DNA of 64,000 bases from Thermoplasmatota archaeon (GTDB lineage: Archaea; Thermoplasmatota; Penumbrarchaeia; Penumbrarchaeales; Penumbrarchaeaceae): contig JARVGK010000005.1 of the NCBI GenBank assembly GCA_029762535.1, forward strand, positions 1 to 64,000. Direction: 5' to 3'. The first letter of the stretch is position 1, and every line of letters begins with the position of its first letter. Of this stretch, positions 30,266-40,517 are shown piece by piece. The notes beneath the pieces are model-generated. The model made no database searches. It was not told the DNA's origin and was given only the letters and a program-made list of their open reading frames with translations. Position numbers and translations under genes: made by a program.

Positions 30266-30887
30266 GATCATCTTATCGAAAATGAATGATGTTCCAGATC
30301 CGCGACCGGACCTCGAGCAATATCCCACCCCAGCAGGAATAGCGTCTGAGGTATTGTTTCTGGCAAATGCATCGGGTCTGATCGAGAAAAAAAAAGTTTT
30401 GGACCTGGGTTGCGGAACTGGCATTTTTATGATAGGAGCGGGATTATTAGGAGCTTCATCTATCACGGGCGTCGATGTGGACCCGAAGGCTGTCGAAGTT
30501 GCCAAGGAGAACGCGCGAATGGTTGATGCCGATCTCAACACGGACATCTCATCGATCTCTACCTTCATGACCTCCGATGTATCGGACCTCGAATGCCTCG
30601 AGGGCGAATACGATACGGTAGTGATGAACCCGCCGTTCGGAGCTCAGAAGAAGGGAGCAGACCGTCCGTTCCTGGACAGGGCGATGGGCTGCGCAGGTCA
30701 TATAGCATCCCTTCACAATCTCGCGGGATCGGATTTCGTTAGAAAGAGGATAGCTGATAATGGATGGAGGATCGAATTGGAGGAGAGATATCGATTCCCG
30801 ATCAGGCGCAGGTTCGAGTTCCACGACCGTCCGATAACCGATATCGAAGTCATTCTTCTGATATCGAGCTCCCCCGAACATCGATGA
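30246..30887 (+). CDS. METTL5-family rRNA N6-adenine methyltransferase
   Basis: LEQYPTP, LDLGCGTG, MNPPFG...GADRPFL, FEFH. Confidence 0.9.
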   Translation: MRKRMLEIILSKMNDVPDPRPDLEQYPTPAGIASEVLFLANASGLIEKKKVLDLGCGTGIFMIGAGLLGASSITGVDVDPKAVEVAKENARMVDADLNTDISSISTFMTSDVSDLECLEGEYDTVVMNPPFGAQKKGADRPFLDRAMGCAGHIASLHNLAGSDFVRKRIADNGWRIELEERYRFPIRRRFEFHDRPITDIEVILLISSSPEHR

Positions 30888-30961
30888 ACATTTTTTTTGG
30901 CCACAAAGGGTCAATGCACCTATGACAATGTTAAATAGCATCAATCCATATCCTGGGTCCG

Positions 30962-32242
30962 GTGATTTTCTTGGTGTCCGCGGAATTCGAAACCAGGATG
31001 ACGAGGGGCGCGATGGCCTATAACAATCAAGATTTCAACAAGGCCCTTGAGGAATACAACCAGGCGACCAAAGCCTTTGAGGATGAGCCCGACGGCTGGT
31101 TCAACAGGGCGATGACCCTTCAGAACCTTATGAGGAACGAAGAGGCAGTCGAATCCTATAAGAGGGCCATACGCCTTGATAAGAAGAACATTCAGTTTTG
31201 GAACAATCTTGGTGCGCTCCTAGCCAGGATGAACGAGCCGAAAGATGCCATGAAATGCCTTGACAAGGCGACGGAGCTCGATCCGAAATGCAAGGAGGCA
31301 TGGTTCAACAAGGGCGTTCTACTGGCCAAATATGGAAGGTTCCAGGATTCCCTTGTCTGCCTTGAAGCGACCAACAAACTCGATGAGACCGATACTGAGA
31401 TCAAGTACAATATCGGATCCGTACTGGAGAAGATGGGAAGGAAGAAGGAAGCGGAGGAATGGTTCGAAAAGGCCCTTGCGGAGAAGGTGAGCCTCACCGA
31501 TGACAGCTACAAGAGATACTCGGTGGACATGTTCTCCATGTACGACACCGATGAATCAGGTGAAATGGTCAATGACATCGAATGGCTCGACAGGGGATCC
31601 AAGTTCATGCTTGATAACGATGTGGACAGAGCCATCTACTGTTTCAACAAGGCCATAGAGATGAACCCAAAGAACCCGGACGCCTGGTTCGCTTATGGAA
31701 ACTCACTTCACCTCATGGGAAAGCACGAGGACGCCCTGGAGTGTTACAAGAGATCCCTCGAACTGCGTCCGAAGAAATCGGAGGTATGGTATAACATGGG
31801 CAACGTCTTCATGGACCTCAAACAGTTGCACAAGGCGATCTCCTGCTACGACAAGGCCCTTGCATTGAAATCCGACAAGATAGACGCTCTTGCCAACAAG
31901 GGTACGGCTTTGAAGAATCTAGGTAGAATCGAGGAATCCATCGCATGCTACGAGGAGGTCCTGAAGCGTACGGGGGGTAAGAACTCCCTTGCATGGTTCA
32001 ATCTGGCCAACGCATATGATACTCTCGGCGAGTTCAGAAAGGCCGTGAACGCCATGGACAAGGCACTGATAATAGAACCGAACAACGCGGAATACTGGTA
32101 CAATAAAGGTGTGATACTCTACGAGAGGAACAAGCTCATAAGGGCCAAAGAGGCCTTCGACAAGGCCCTTTCGATCAATCCGAGGTTCAGGGAGGCCGCC
32201 ATCGCAAGGGACGACATTCTCAAGGACCTCAGGGGCGGTTGA
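30962..32242 (+). CDS. Tetratricopeptide repeat protein
   Basis: About 11 TPR units (W.N.G..L......A...Y.KA..L.P) in two blocks. Confidence 0.92.
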   Translation: MIFLVSAEFETRMTRGAMAYNNQDFNKALEEYNQATKAFEDEPDGWFNRAMTLQNLMRNEEAVESYKRAIRLDKKNIQFWNNLGALLARMNEPKDAMKCLDKATELDPKCKEAWFNKGVLLAKYGRFQDSLVCLEATNKLDETDTEIKYNIGSVLEKMGRKKEAEEWFEKALAEKVSLTDDSYKRYSVDMFSMYDTDESGEMVNDIEWLDRGSKFMLDNDVDRAIYCFNKAIEMNPKNPDAWFAYGNSLHLMGKHEDALECYKRSLELRPKKSEVWYNMGNVFMDLKQLHKAISCYDKALALKSDKIDALANKGTALKNLGRIEESIACYEEVLKRTGGKNSLAWFNLANAYDTLGEFRKAVNAMDKALIIEPNNAEYWYNKGVILYERNKLIRAKEAFDKALSINPRFREAAIARDDILKDLRGG

Positions 32243-32339
32243 TAACCCACTGATGATCGAACCACCAAAGAGCGCTACTAAAGGATATCCATCCCATACG
32301 ATCACGAGATGGGGGCATCGGTGTTTATCACAAGGCCGT

Positions 32340-32375
32340 GATCCGGCCCCGAATCACCTTCTTCGGGGTCCGATC
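32340..32375. terminator. GC-rich hairpin between convergent genes, possible terminator
   Basis: CCCCGAA...TTCGGGG arms with flanking GATC pairing. Confidence 0.3.
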
Positions 32376-34023
32376 AAGGTTTGGAGTATTTCCCCTTCAT
32401 ACCGCAGTTCGGACATACGATAAGCGCCGGCCTTACCGGGGTATCTATCGTTATTGGGGTCTTACATTTCGGGCACTTCACCTTTTTAGGTTTGTAGGCG
32501 GTCTCCTCCTCGGGTGCGGGAGCCGGTTTCTTGACCATGAAATCGTCCACTATGTCATCGTCTTGAGCAGGTTCGGGCCTTCTCTTCTTCCTCTTTGGCC
32601 TGGCGTCCTCTTCCTCCTCATCGTCTTCGATTACCATGGCCTTCTTCTTTTTCTTCTTGATCCTGAGCGGCGTCTCCTCTTCATCGTCATCTAACAAAAC
32701 GGCCTTCTTCTTTGGTTTGACTTCCAGAGCGTCATCTTCCGAGGTCTCCTCCATCTTTCTGGATGGGGGCTTGTAACCTCTGGTCTGTTCCTCCAGTACC
32801 TCAATGGTTTCCTTGAGTCGGTGGACCTCGCGCTGGTGCTCATCGATGGAAATGTATTTTTCTCGATTGACCTCGAAGTCGCTCATCTCCTCTCTGAGGT
32901 TGGATTTCTCCTTGTTGATCATCGACAGTTCCTGATTGAGCTCTTCCTCCTTGTCCAGGATCCTTGCCTTATCCCTTTCGAAGAGCCTTTTCTCGGTCTC
33001 GAAATCCTTTTCCTGAGATTTAAGATCGTCCCTGAGCCTGTCCAGGTCCATCTTCTCTTTCCTGAGCTCTTCCTTCTCATCGTTGAGGGCCTCTTCGGCC
33101 TTCTCGAGCGTTTCCTCTTTCCTCTCTAGCTTCTCCTCCCAACTCTTGAGTCTGTCCTTCTCCCTGGAGTATTCCATGAATTCTACCCGGAACTTGTTGT
33201 TCCTCTCGAGGAACTCATCCATCTGGGTCTGGAGATCCTTTTCCTTTTGTTTGAACTCCTCAATATCCTTCTCGAAGAGGGACCTCTTCCTATCAACGGC
33301 ATCGGCCTCCCTCTGAAGCATGGCTTTTTCCTTCTCCATTTTCGCCAGACGATCGTTGAGGTCCCCCTCCATCTTCTTCACTCGGCTCTTGTCCTCGAAG
33401 AATTGGGCCTCCCTGCCCTCGAGAACTGAGCGGTCCTTTTCCACTTTGGCCCTCTCGCGCTCTATTTCCGCCTTCTGGGAATCGAAGGTGAGGAGTTGTG
33501 TCTCCATCTCTTTCTTGAGCTTCAGGAAATCGTCCCTCTCCTTCTCAAGACCCCTGATCTCGGAGAGGAGCTGTTCTCTCCTGTCCATGAGCTCTTTTCG
33601 GTCCGAGTTGAGTCTGCTCTCCTTGATCTCGAGGTCCGAGCGCTGTCTGACGATATCTTCGAGGCTCACTCTGACGAAACCCTCCATAAGGTCCAGGAGC
33701 TTTTTTTCCCCTTCGATAAGGTCCTTTCTGGTCGTCGTTAGCCTGTCGTATGTGGATTCGATATCCTCTTTTCGGGCTAGGACCTTGTTGACCTCCTCAT
33801 CAACCTTGTATTTCGCGAAGTCGGTCTCCTCCTCCTTCTTTTCGGCAGCCTTCTTATTGGGTTTTGCCTCGAATTCTTCTTCGAGATCCTCCTCAATGAC
33901 CACCTTTTTCTTGGGAGCGATCACGATATCCTCATCATCGTCCTCGAACAGTACTTTTGGCGCCTTTTTCCTGGTCACCTTTTCATCATCGGCCCATTTC
34001 ACATTGGCTTTCTTCGGCATCAT
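32374..34023 (-). CDS. Long coiled-coil protein with charged termini and C-terminal zinc ribbon
   Basis: About 350 aa of E/K/R heptads; CPKC..RP..IVCPNCG.KG at the C-terminus; GGGGTGAT upstream of ATG. Confidence 0.8.
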   Translation of the reverse strand: MMPKKANVKWADDEKVTRKKAPKVLFEDDDEDIVIAPKKKVVIEEDLEEEFEAKPNKKAAEKKEEETDFAKYKVDEEVNKVLARKEDIESTYDRLTTTRKDLIEGEKKLLDLMEGFVRVSLEDIVRQRSDLEIKESRLNSDRKELMDRREQLLSEIRGLEKERDDFLKLKKEMETQLLTFDSQKAEIERERAKVEKDRSVLEGREAQFFEDKSRVKKMEGDLNDRLAKMEKEKAMLQREADAVDRKRSLFEKDIEEFKQKEKDLQTQMDEFLERNNKFRVEFMEYSREKDRLKSWEEKLERKEETLEKAEEALNDEKEELRKEKMDLDRLRDDLKSQEKDFETEKRLFERDKARILDKEEELNQELSMINKEKSNLREEMSDFEVNREKYISIDEHQREVHRLKETIEVLEEQTRGYKPPSRKMEETSEDDALEVKPKKKAVLLDDDEEETPLRIKKKKKKAMVIEDDEEEEDARPKRKKRRPEPAQDDDIVDDFMVKKPAPAPEEETAYKPKKVKCPKCKTPITIDTPVRPALIVCPNCGMKGKYSKP

Positions 34024-34189
34024 ATCACCCCATAGAGCTTGATTCTTCTCATTTGCGACTTCATGATCCTGCAAGGGAACCTCATTACTTCATATATCTA
34101 ATTTTCCTGCATCGTTCCATCTATAGGTATATAGAAAAATGTTTTTCCTACGGCGCCATAACATGTCATGTATCGGGGTGTCGAAGGTA

Positions 34190-37100
34190 ATGGATCGGGT
34201 CGAGGATGGGAATAATTCATTCGTAGAAGAGGACCAATCTGAGGGAGCGGGCCATACTGACGCAGAGGATGATATTCGTGTCAGGACCCGGTTACGTCCA
34301 TTGATGGACGATAAGGACGGGACGGTTGTTCTCGGAAGGAGCGAATCCGCTCATAGAAGATGGAGAAGGAAGGCCACTCTGGATATTGGTAAGGTCGGAG
34401 AACATCAGGATGAGGGGGTGGACCTTTTCTCAAGGCGCGTCCTGATAGATGCTGCCTTCCCCCATATAATCTTTATATGTGGAAAGAGGGGAAGCGGAAA
34501 ATCATATACGCTCGGTCTTTTCGCCGAAGAACTCGCCCGCTCTTGTATAGGGGTTGGAGTTGTTCTCGTGGATCCGATCGGGATCTTCTGGTCATTGAAA
34601 AAGGAGAACGAAAATACAAGAGAGATCAAGAAACTGAAGGAATGGGGGCTATCCCCGCATTCTTTCCCCGAGGTCAGGGTATTGGTCCCGGGAAAGCCTG
34701 AATCCCTCGCCCTCGGTGCAGCCGACGGTCCTTTCACTATTGGCGTTGGGGAGATGACGGCGGAGGACTGGTGTCAGATCTTCGATATGGACCGGTTCAA
34801 GACCCAGGGTCTTCTCATCGGTGCTGCCATAGACATGGTGAGATCCGGTTACAAGGCGATCAGGGACGGTAGGATAGTGAGCATATCGGGAAAAGCGGAC
34901 AGGTATTCCCTTGGGGATCTTGTCAACTGTATCAGGTCATCCGTGACCCTGACGAGCAAGGAGGGCGGATTCACGCCGCAGACTAGGCGTTCGCTGATCG
35001 CGAGGTTCAATGCCGCCGGGAGTTGGGGAATATTCAGTATAGATGGAACGCCACTGAACGACGTCACCTCTCCGAACAGGGTCACGGTCGTTGATATCAG
35101 CGATCCGAACCTGGGCGATGACAAACGCAGCCTTATAACCGGGGTTATCGCCCGAAAGATCCTGTCGGCGAGGATATACAGCGCCAGACAGGAGGATCAT
35201 GAGGGTTACGACGAATCGGAACCCGATCATATACCAGTTACATGGTTGATGATAGATGAGGCTCATGTGATACTGCCCCACAACAGGCAGACACCCGCTA
35301 CAGAAGCTCTCGTGGAATACGCGAAACAGGGGAGAAGGCCGGGCTGCGCTCTCGTGCTGGCCACCCAGAGGCCGGCTTCAACAAGCGACGAGATCCTTTC
35401 GCAGGTGGACATTCTGATCGGGCATAATCTGGCTTTGGAAGATGATATGAGCGCCCTTAGAAGAAGGGTCCCCGCCAAACTGCCACCCGAATTCGCGAAC
35501 TCCGACTTCATAAGGGCCATTCCGGTAGGTACCGCCATAGTGGCTGATCAAAGGACCCAGCAAAGGGCCTTCCTAATGGGCTTGAGGCCCAGGATGTCGC
35601 ATCACGCGGGAAGCTCGGCGATGCCTTCCGCATTATCGGACAGATCACAAAAGAAGGTCTCGATGCCAATGAGCGCCACCCGTTCTAATTTCGAGGACCC
35701 TTCTGCCATAATGCGGCCTACCGACGGTTTCCTTATCGAGGATCCATCGGCGGAGGAGGGGGTCGATTTAGATCGTGTGTATGGTGACCCCAAACAACCC
35801 ATAAATGTCCAAGAAATGACGGAGGGGGTCTCAAAAACCAATCATTTACACGCTGTGCAGGATGGGAACACCATACTCATAATTACTGGAGATCCGGGGC
35901 AAATTGTGCTGATGTCGCGTGATAAATGGACAGAAAGAGGGTTCGTTCTTATATCGAGGATCCATCCGAGCAGATATCCCAACATCGATAGGGTCCGTCC
36001 CGAAAGGACATTCTGGCTATCCTCCACCCCGTCGGAGATTTCTTCGCCGCCAAATGATATCCAGGACCTCCTGATGGACCTTGGAAGGATACTCGAGACC
36101 AAAGAAAGGAGGATCCTCGTCTTCGACGGCCTCGAGACCCTGTTCGTGGAGAACGAGCACAGATCAGTGATCAGGTTCCTGCAGGCGCTCAGGGAAAAGG
36201 TCTTTCTTGGAGGTCATGTGATGCTGGTCAGGGCCGACAGCAGCCTTCCCTCACTGATAAGGGAAAACATATCCAGGGAGATGGACGCAGTAATTGAACT
36301 CTCTTCGAACGAAGAAGAACAAGAGGACACTAGCTCTTCGAAACAGGAAGACAAGGTGCCAATAACAGAGAAAGGATTGGAAGGGGGAACGATAATTGGC
36401 CATGGATCCCTGAGCGCGGAAGAGCTAAGGGAGATGTGCAGGATAATGGGTCTATCCGATAAAGGTGATGAGAAGGAGATGTTGGATAGGATCATCGACT
36501 CCGGAGAGAGGGAAGGTCTGATATCGGGTAAGGAGAAGTCAGCGGATATATCAAAAATGATATCGGACCTCTCTCGCATCAGCCGTGAGAACATAGAACT
36601 GCGTGAAAAGGTCTCCGTAATGGAGAGGAAGGTCAAGGGCGCTTCCACCAAAAAGAAGGTTTCACCTTCGAAGAACGGGTCGAAAAGGAAAAGGCTCCAG
36701 GTGGTCTGGGAGGACGATGACAAGACCTCATTGAACGATATGCGTTCGGCCATCAACTCGTTGTCAGACGAGTTATCCAAGCTGAAAATGGAGCTAAAGA
36801 AAAAGGAGGTAGAGGCGAGGTTATCGAAGGACACTGTGCAGGGAAAGGAGGAGGTCATTGAAGGATACATGAAGGCGCTTGAACAACAAAGGTCTCAAAG
36901 CATGGAAAGGATATCTGAGCTCGAAGACCTGCTTAAGCAGGCGATGACGCGGCTCGATACAGGGCCGGATAAGAAAGTCGCCCAATCTTTAGGATCCAAA
37001 CACCCTATCACGAAAACACAGGATAAAGTATCGATCACCAAGGCGTTGAACTCCACTTCGGACATCGCGGAAAAGAGTAGGAAGCTGAAAGTCGTGAAAC

Positions 37101-37858
37101 AGAAAGACCGTTGTGTGATCATCTCTGGAAGGGTGTCGCCGGAAAAGGCTGCCCTATCCGTAAAAAAGACGCTAAAAAGGACGCTACTCAGGGGGCCATT
37201 GGAACGAATCGTCGAAATTTGGCCTGCATATATTCCACTCTTCAGGTGCCTGGTGACATACAGGACCGGTTTCATGATGAAACTTCGAACGGGTGACGTT
37301 TTCATAGATCCCCTAACATCACAAGAGGTGAGATCCTCCTCTTCTGGGATGAGGAGGTCAAAGGGAACGACTCAATTGATGGCGTTGACCCCAATGGAAA
37401 GAAGGTGCTTCAATGCTTTCGGAAGGGCGCTCATCGACGAAACCAAGATAATGGGGAGGTCCGGCCTAAACAGGTCACAAGTGAAGAGGGCCCTGAATTC
37501 GATGGAGAAGAAAGGCGTCATCGAGAAGAGAACGCTCGAAGACAGCATTTCCTCATACCGTATATCTAAGGGTCTCAGTATTGATCCAGAACCGTGGAAG
37601 AGAAGTAGCGATTGGATAATGGAGACGACCGATTGCATAGGCGAAAAGGTCCTGAGTTCCGGAATGGATGAGAAGGCCGCGAGAGCTCTTTTTGGAATAA
37701 TATGGCCCGGTGCGAAAATAACTGAGGTCGATATCGTCCATTATCCCATTTACATCGCTAAGATCGAGGGAGAGGGCAGACTGAGATACTGCATCGTCGA
37801 TGCGGTATCCGGGACCGTGGACGAGGATCTGACAACCAGGTCGAGAAACATCATTTGA
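34190..37858 (+). CDS. HerA/FtsK-like (DUF87) ATPase fused to DUF835, SAP-like, coiled-coil and winged-helix regions
   Basis: GKRGSGKS, VDPIG, MIDEAH, KQGRRPG, LATQRP; ISRIHP..FWLS..LVFDGLETL..EN; LSAEELREMCRIMGLSDKGDEKEMLDRI; LNRSQVKRALNSMEKKGVI. Confidence 0.85.
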   Translation: MDRVEDGNNSFVEEDQSEGAGHTDAEDDIRVRTRLRPLMDDKDGTVVLGRSESAHRRWRRKATLDIGKVGEHQDEGVDLFSRRVLIDAAFPHIIFICGKRGSGKSYTLGLFAEELARSCIGVGVVLVDPIGIFWSLKKENENTREIKKLKEWGLSPHSFPEVRVLVPGKPESLALGAADGPFTIGVGEMTAEDWCQIFDMDRFKTQGLLIGAAIDMVRSGYKAIRDGRIVSISGKADRYSLGDLVNCIRSSVTLTSKEGGFTPQTRRSLIARFNAAGSWGIFSIDGTPLNDVTSPNRVTVVDISDPNLGDDKRSLITGVIARKILSARIYSARQEDHEGYDESEPDHIPVTWLMIDEAHVILPHNRQTPATEALVEYAKQGRRPGCALVLATQRPASTSDEILSQVDILIGHNLALEDDMSALRRRVPAKLPPEFANSDFIRAIPVGTAIVADQRTQQRAFLMGLRPRMSHHAGSSAMPSALSDRSQKKVSMPMSATRSNFEDPSAIMRPTDGFLIEDPSAEEGVDLDRVYGDPKQPINVQEMTEGVSKTNHLHAVQDGNTILIITGDPGQIVLMSRDKWTERGFVLISRIHPSRYPNIDRVRPERTFWLSSTPSEISSPPNDIQDLLMDLGRILETKERRILVFDGLETLFVENEHRSVIRFLQALREKVFLGGHVMLVRADSSLPSLIRENISREMDAVIELSSNEEEQEDTSSSKQEDKVPITEKGLEGGTIIGHGSLSAEELREMCRIMGLSDKGDEKEMLDRIIDSGEREGLISGKEKSADISKMISDLSRISRENIELREKVSVMERKVKGASTKKKVSPSKNGSKRKRLQVVWEDDDKTSLNDMRSAINSLSDELSKLKMELKKKEVEARLSKDTVQGKEEVIEGYMKALEQQRSQSMERISELEDLLKQAMTRLDTGPDKKVAQSLGSKHPITKTQDKVSITKALNSTSDIAEKSRKLKVVKQKDRCVIISGRVSPEKAALSVKKTLKRTLLRGPLERIVEIWPAYIPLFRCLVTYRTGFMMKLRTGDVFIDPLTSQEVRSSSSGMRRSKGTTQLMALTPMERRCFNAFGRALIDETKIMGRSGLNRSQVKRALNSMEKKGVIEKRTLEDSISSYRISKGLSIDPEPWKRSSDWIMETTDCIGEKVLSSGMDEKAARALFGIIWPGAKITEVDIVHYPIYIAKIEGEGRLRYCIVDAVSGTVDEDLTTRSRNII

Positions 37859-37935
37859 ACGTTAAGCGATATGGCATTTATGGAAAGTATATTATGCGTT
37901 CGCGCATTGCCTAAAAAATCATAGCGGGTGTAAGC

Positions 37936-38793
37936 TTGGCAAGAAGGAGAACGGTCAAGGACGAAGAAGGGCCAAAGGCTGAGGAGCCTCTTTTCAAGAT
38001 GCCCGAATTCGACGAGACCGAGTTCCTGCAGACGGAGAACAGGAACGCGAAGATGATATACATCACACTTGGTATGGCCCTTCTTGCGGGGATCATATCC
38101 TTTATCATAATGAGGATCGCCCATTATCTGAAGTTAGAATTATTCATGATCATCCCGATAGCGGCTCCGATATTACTTGCAGGTGGTGTGTTTTTCCTCT
38201 TCTTCAAGTTCGGAATAGATGTCTCTTCATTGGATTGGAAGAAATGGCTCGAGAACGGGGCAATGTACGTGATAACGTGGGGAGCGGTTTGGATACTGAG
38301 CATGAACCCTCCATTCAGCGATCTATCCGAACCGGTCATAAGCGATCCGGTGCTCTTCGTGGTGGACATCGATGGAGTGCCTGTGACCCATCTGAACCAA
38401 ACGCCATCCGTCGTTAGGGACGTGAAGGAGTTGAGCTACTTCTTCCTGATAACGGACAACTCCGGAAGTTACGATGCTAGGATAGAGGTCTATATTTTAG
38501 AAGGCGAACGTAGGAACAATATCGACGATACATCTGGTATAAAGGTTACGAAGATCGCTGTCGCCGATAATCGGACTTTCAATATAACGTCGAAGGATTC
38601 AGATATAATCGATATGAAGAACGGATGGTATGGTTCGGATTTCGAAAGATGGGAGGGCAACCTGCAAATGATTAGGATCTCGAACATCACCGCATCGACG
38701 GCCGATATTGATCTTTTGATAATCGTTACCGTTTCGGACCCATCCGGGAACGAGGCCAAAAGGGAATTCCGACTGGATCTGAAGAACAGATGA
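37936..38793 (+). CDS. Hypothetical membrane protein (3 TM helices plus C-terminal beta domain)
   Basis: FKMPEFDETEFL, three hydrophobic helices, NPPFSD, beta-rich C-terminus. Confidence 0.7.
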   Translation: MARRRTVKDEEGPKAEEPLFKMPEFDETEFLQTENRNAKMIYITLGMALLAGIISFIIMRIAHYLKLELFMIIPIAAPILLAGGVFFLFFKFGIDVSSLDWKKWLENGAMYVITWGAVWILSMNPPFSDLSEPVISDPVLFVVDIDGVPVTHLNQTPSVVRDVKELSYFFLITDNSGSYDARIEVYILEGERRNNIDDTSGIKVTKIAVADNRTFNITSKDSDIIDMKNGWYGSDFERWEGNLQMIRISNITASTADIDLLIIVTVSDPSGNEAKREFRLDLKNR

Positions 38794-38856
38794 TGCGAAT
38801 ATGCCCAAAAATTATAACTAAGGAACCGTACAATCGGAAGGTGGCCAGGATCCGGA

Positions 38857-40485
38857 GTGTTTCAAATGCCAAAGCTGATCGAGGACGATTTCTCCGTATG
38901 GGATGACGATGAAGAGATGGACGAGGATGAGTCCAAGGTCGAAAGTACTGATAGGGATGGTATTGAAAACAGCAAACGCTCGGAGAGGAATGGAAGAGGA
39001 AAGTCAGAGAAAGGTTTGAGAGAGGATCGAAAAAAGGAGGCGCGGAGCGATCGAGGACCCAAGTCGAGAACCGGGAAGAGTAAAGGGAAGGATCGGGAAG
39101 GGTCAGGATCGAGAGATGGGTCGAGGCCCCATTCACCACTTGGTAACAAAGGTAAGGCATCCAAGGGTTTTCTGAGAAGCAAACCCTTCATATGGACAAT
39201 GAGGGTGATAACGGTACTGATCGTATTGGCGATCCTCTTCCTCCCTTTCAAACCTCTGAGCGATGCTAGAGAGGATGTCGGCTTGAACAAGCTGAGGAAC
39301 CTCATGAGGCCGTTCAGGGACTTCCCAGAGATGGTCAACGTAACCTTCTCCGTCCGATATGATGTGAAGATAAGCAGCGGAACCGCAGATATGGTCCGTA
39401 TAAAGACATCGATACCCTTTGATATTTTGGACGGAAGGGACGATTTCAAGATACAGGACGTTACTGATGTTGTCCTCACGCCCTCTCCGACTTCTCCTCT
39501 CCCTGATTATAACGAACAAAAGAACAACATCAACATGTGGGAACTGAGGAACCAGCGAGGTGATTTCAGTTTCACAGCACAGTACTCCGCTTTGCTGTAT
39601 ACTTATCAATGGAACATAGATGATGAAGACAGCGGGACGATCGAGGACATCCCGCAAACATACAAGGACAATTACCTCGACGATGAATGGATCGTAAAGG
39701 ACAGCAACGGCGATATCATCGACAAGGACGGGGACGGCCGTCCGGACCTTTACAGGTACCATCCATCCCATCCAACGGTCAAGAACGCCGCTGTCCAGAT
39801 TACGAAGGACAAGAATACCGTTTACGGAAAAGTAAAGGCCATATACGACTGGATGCAGGAGCATTTCAACTATACGACCAACGAACAGAAACAGCGTGAC
39901 CTTCAGGTATACGGCTCCTACCCGAAATACCCGATTGGATGTATGAACGATTGGTACGGCGATTGCGACGACCAATCGCTTTTGATGGCCTCTCTCTGCC
40001 GCGCAGTGGGGATCCCGGCATGGTTGGAGATAGGTTATCTTTATGATCCCATGCAAGGCAGCTGGGGAGGTCATGGGTGGTTCAATGTGATAATCCCGTT
40101 GAAAGGTTCCGGTAGCGTCATTGCTCCGATAGATCCGGTCAACCATGAGTTCCTATTCAGGGACCCCTACCGACTAACCGATTGGATAGATACGGGGCGT
40201 GATATCATAGATGACGAGGGAGAGCTGATCTTCAACCTCGATTACTATTATAACTTCTTCAAGGTCAGGAAGAGCAGCTCCGTCGATGTGGATGTGAGGA
40301 TGACCACGAACTCTATCAACTACGAGAAACGCGGAAGCATACGGCAGTATGTCGATCAAAAGCTCGAGCCGGGAAATATTCCGGGAACGGAAGGAGGAAT
40401 GGGCTCCCTGCCCTTCCCATTGATCACTATAGCGATCCCCGCCTTGCTTCCTATTGTTCGCAAGAGAAAACGGCTTTCATACTAA
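38857..40485 (+). CDS. Membrane-anchored transglutaminase-like (Cys-His-Asp) protein
   Basis: KVKAIYDW, GDCDDQSLL..SLCRAVGIPA, GHGW, PIDP; TM helix after a charged N-terminus. Confidence 0.88.
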   Translation: MFQMPKLIEDDFSVWDDDEEMDEDESKVESTDRDGIENSKRSERNGRGKSEKGLREDRKKEARSDRGPKSRTGKSKGKDREGSGSRDGSRPHSPLGNKGKASKGFLRSKPFIWTMRVITVLIVLAILFLPFKPLSDAREDVGLNKLRNLMRPFRDFPEMVNVTFSVRYDVKISSGTADMVRIKTSIPFDILDGRDDFKIQDVTDVVLTPSPTSPLPDYNEQKNNINMWELRNQRGDFSFTAQYSALLYTYQWNIDDEDSGTIEDIPQTYKDNYLDDEWIVKDSNGDIIDKDGDGRPDLYRYHPSHPTVKNAAVQITKDKNTVYGKVKAIYDWMQEHFNYTTNEQKQRDLQVYGSYPKYPIGCMNDWYGDCDDQSLLMASLCRAVGIPAWLEIGYLYDPMQGSWGGHGWFNVIIPLKGSGSVIAPIDPVNHEFLFRDPYRLTDWIDTGRDIIDDEGELIFNLDYYYNFFKVRKSSSVDVDVRMTTNSINYEKRGSIRQYVDQKLEPGNIPGTEGGMGSLPFPLITIAIPALLPIVRKRKRLSY

Positions 40486-40517
40486 AGACTTAAATCGGAC
40501 CAAAATACTTCGCGGAC

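Noticed and set aside
32374-37858. SMC/Wadjet or HerA-NurA/Sir2 defence system
   Set aside because: The coiled-coil protein has no ATPase heads; no kleisin, nuclease or sirtuin is adjacent
39133-40146. Long antisense or alternative-frame ORFs (also 3250-4053, 5880-6653, 21566-22393, 33320-34042)
   Set aside because: Shadows of well-supported genes caused by codon bias; no motifs
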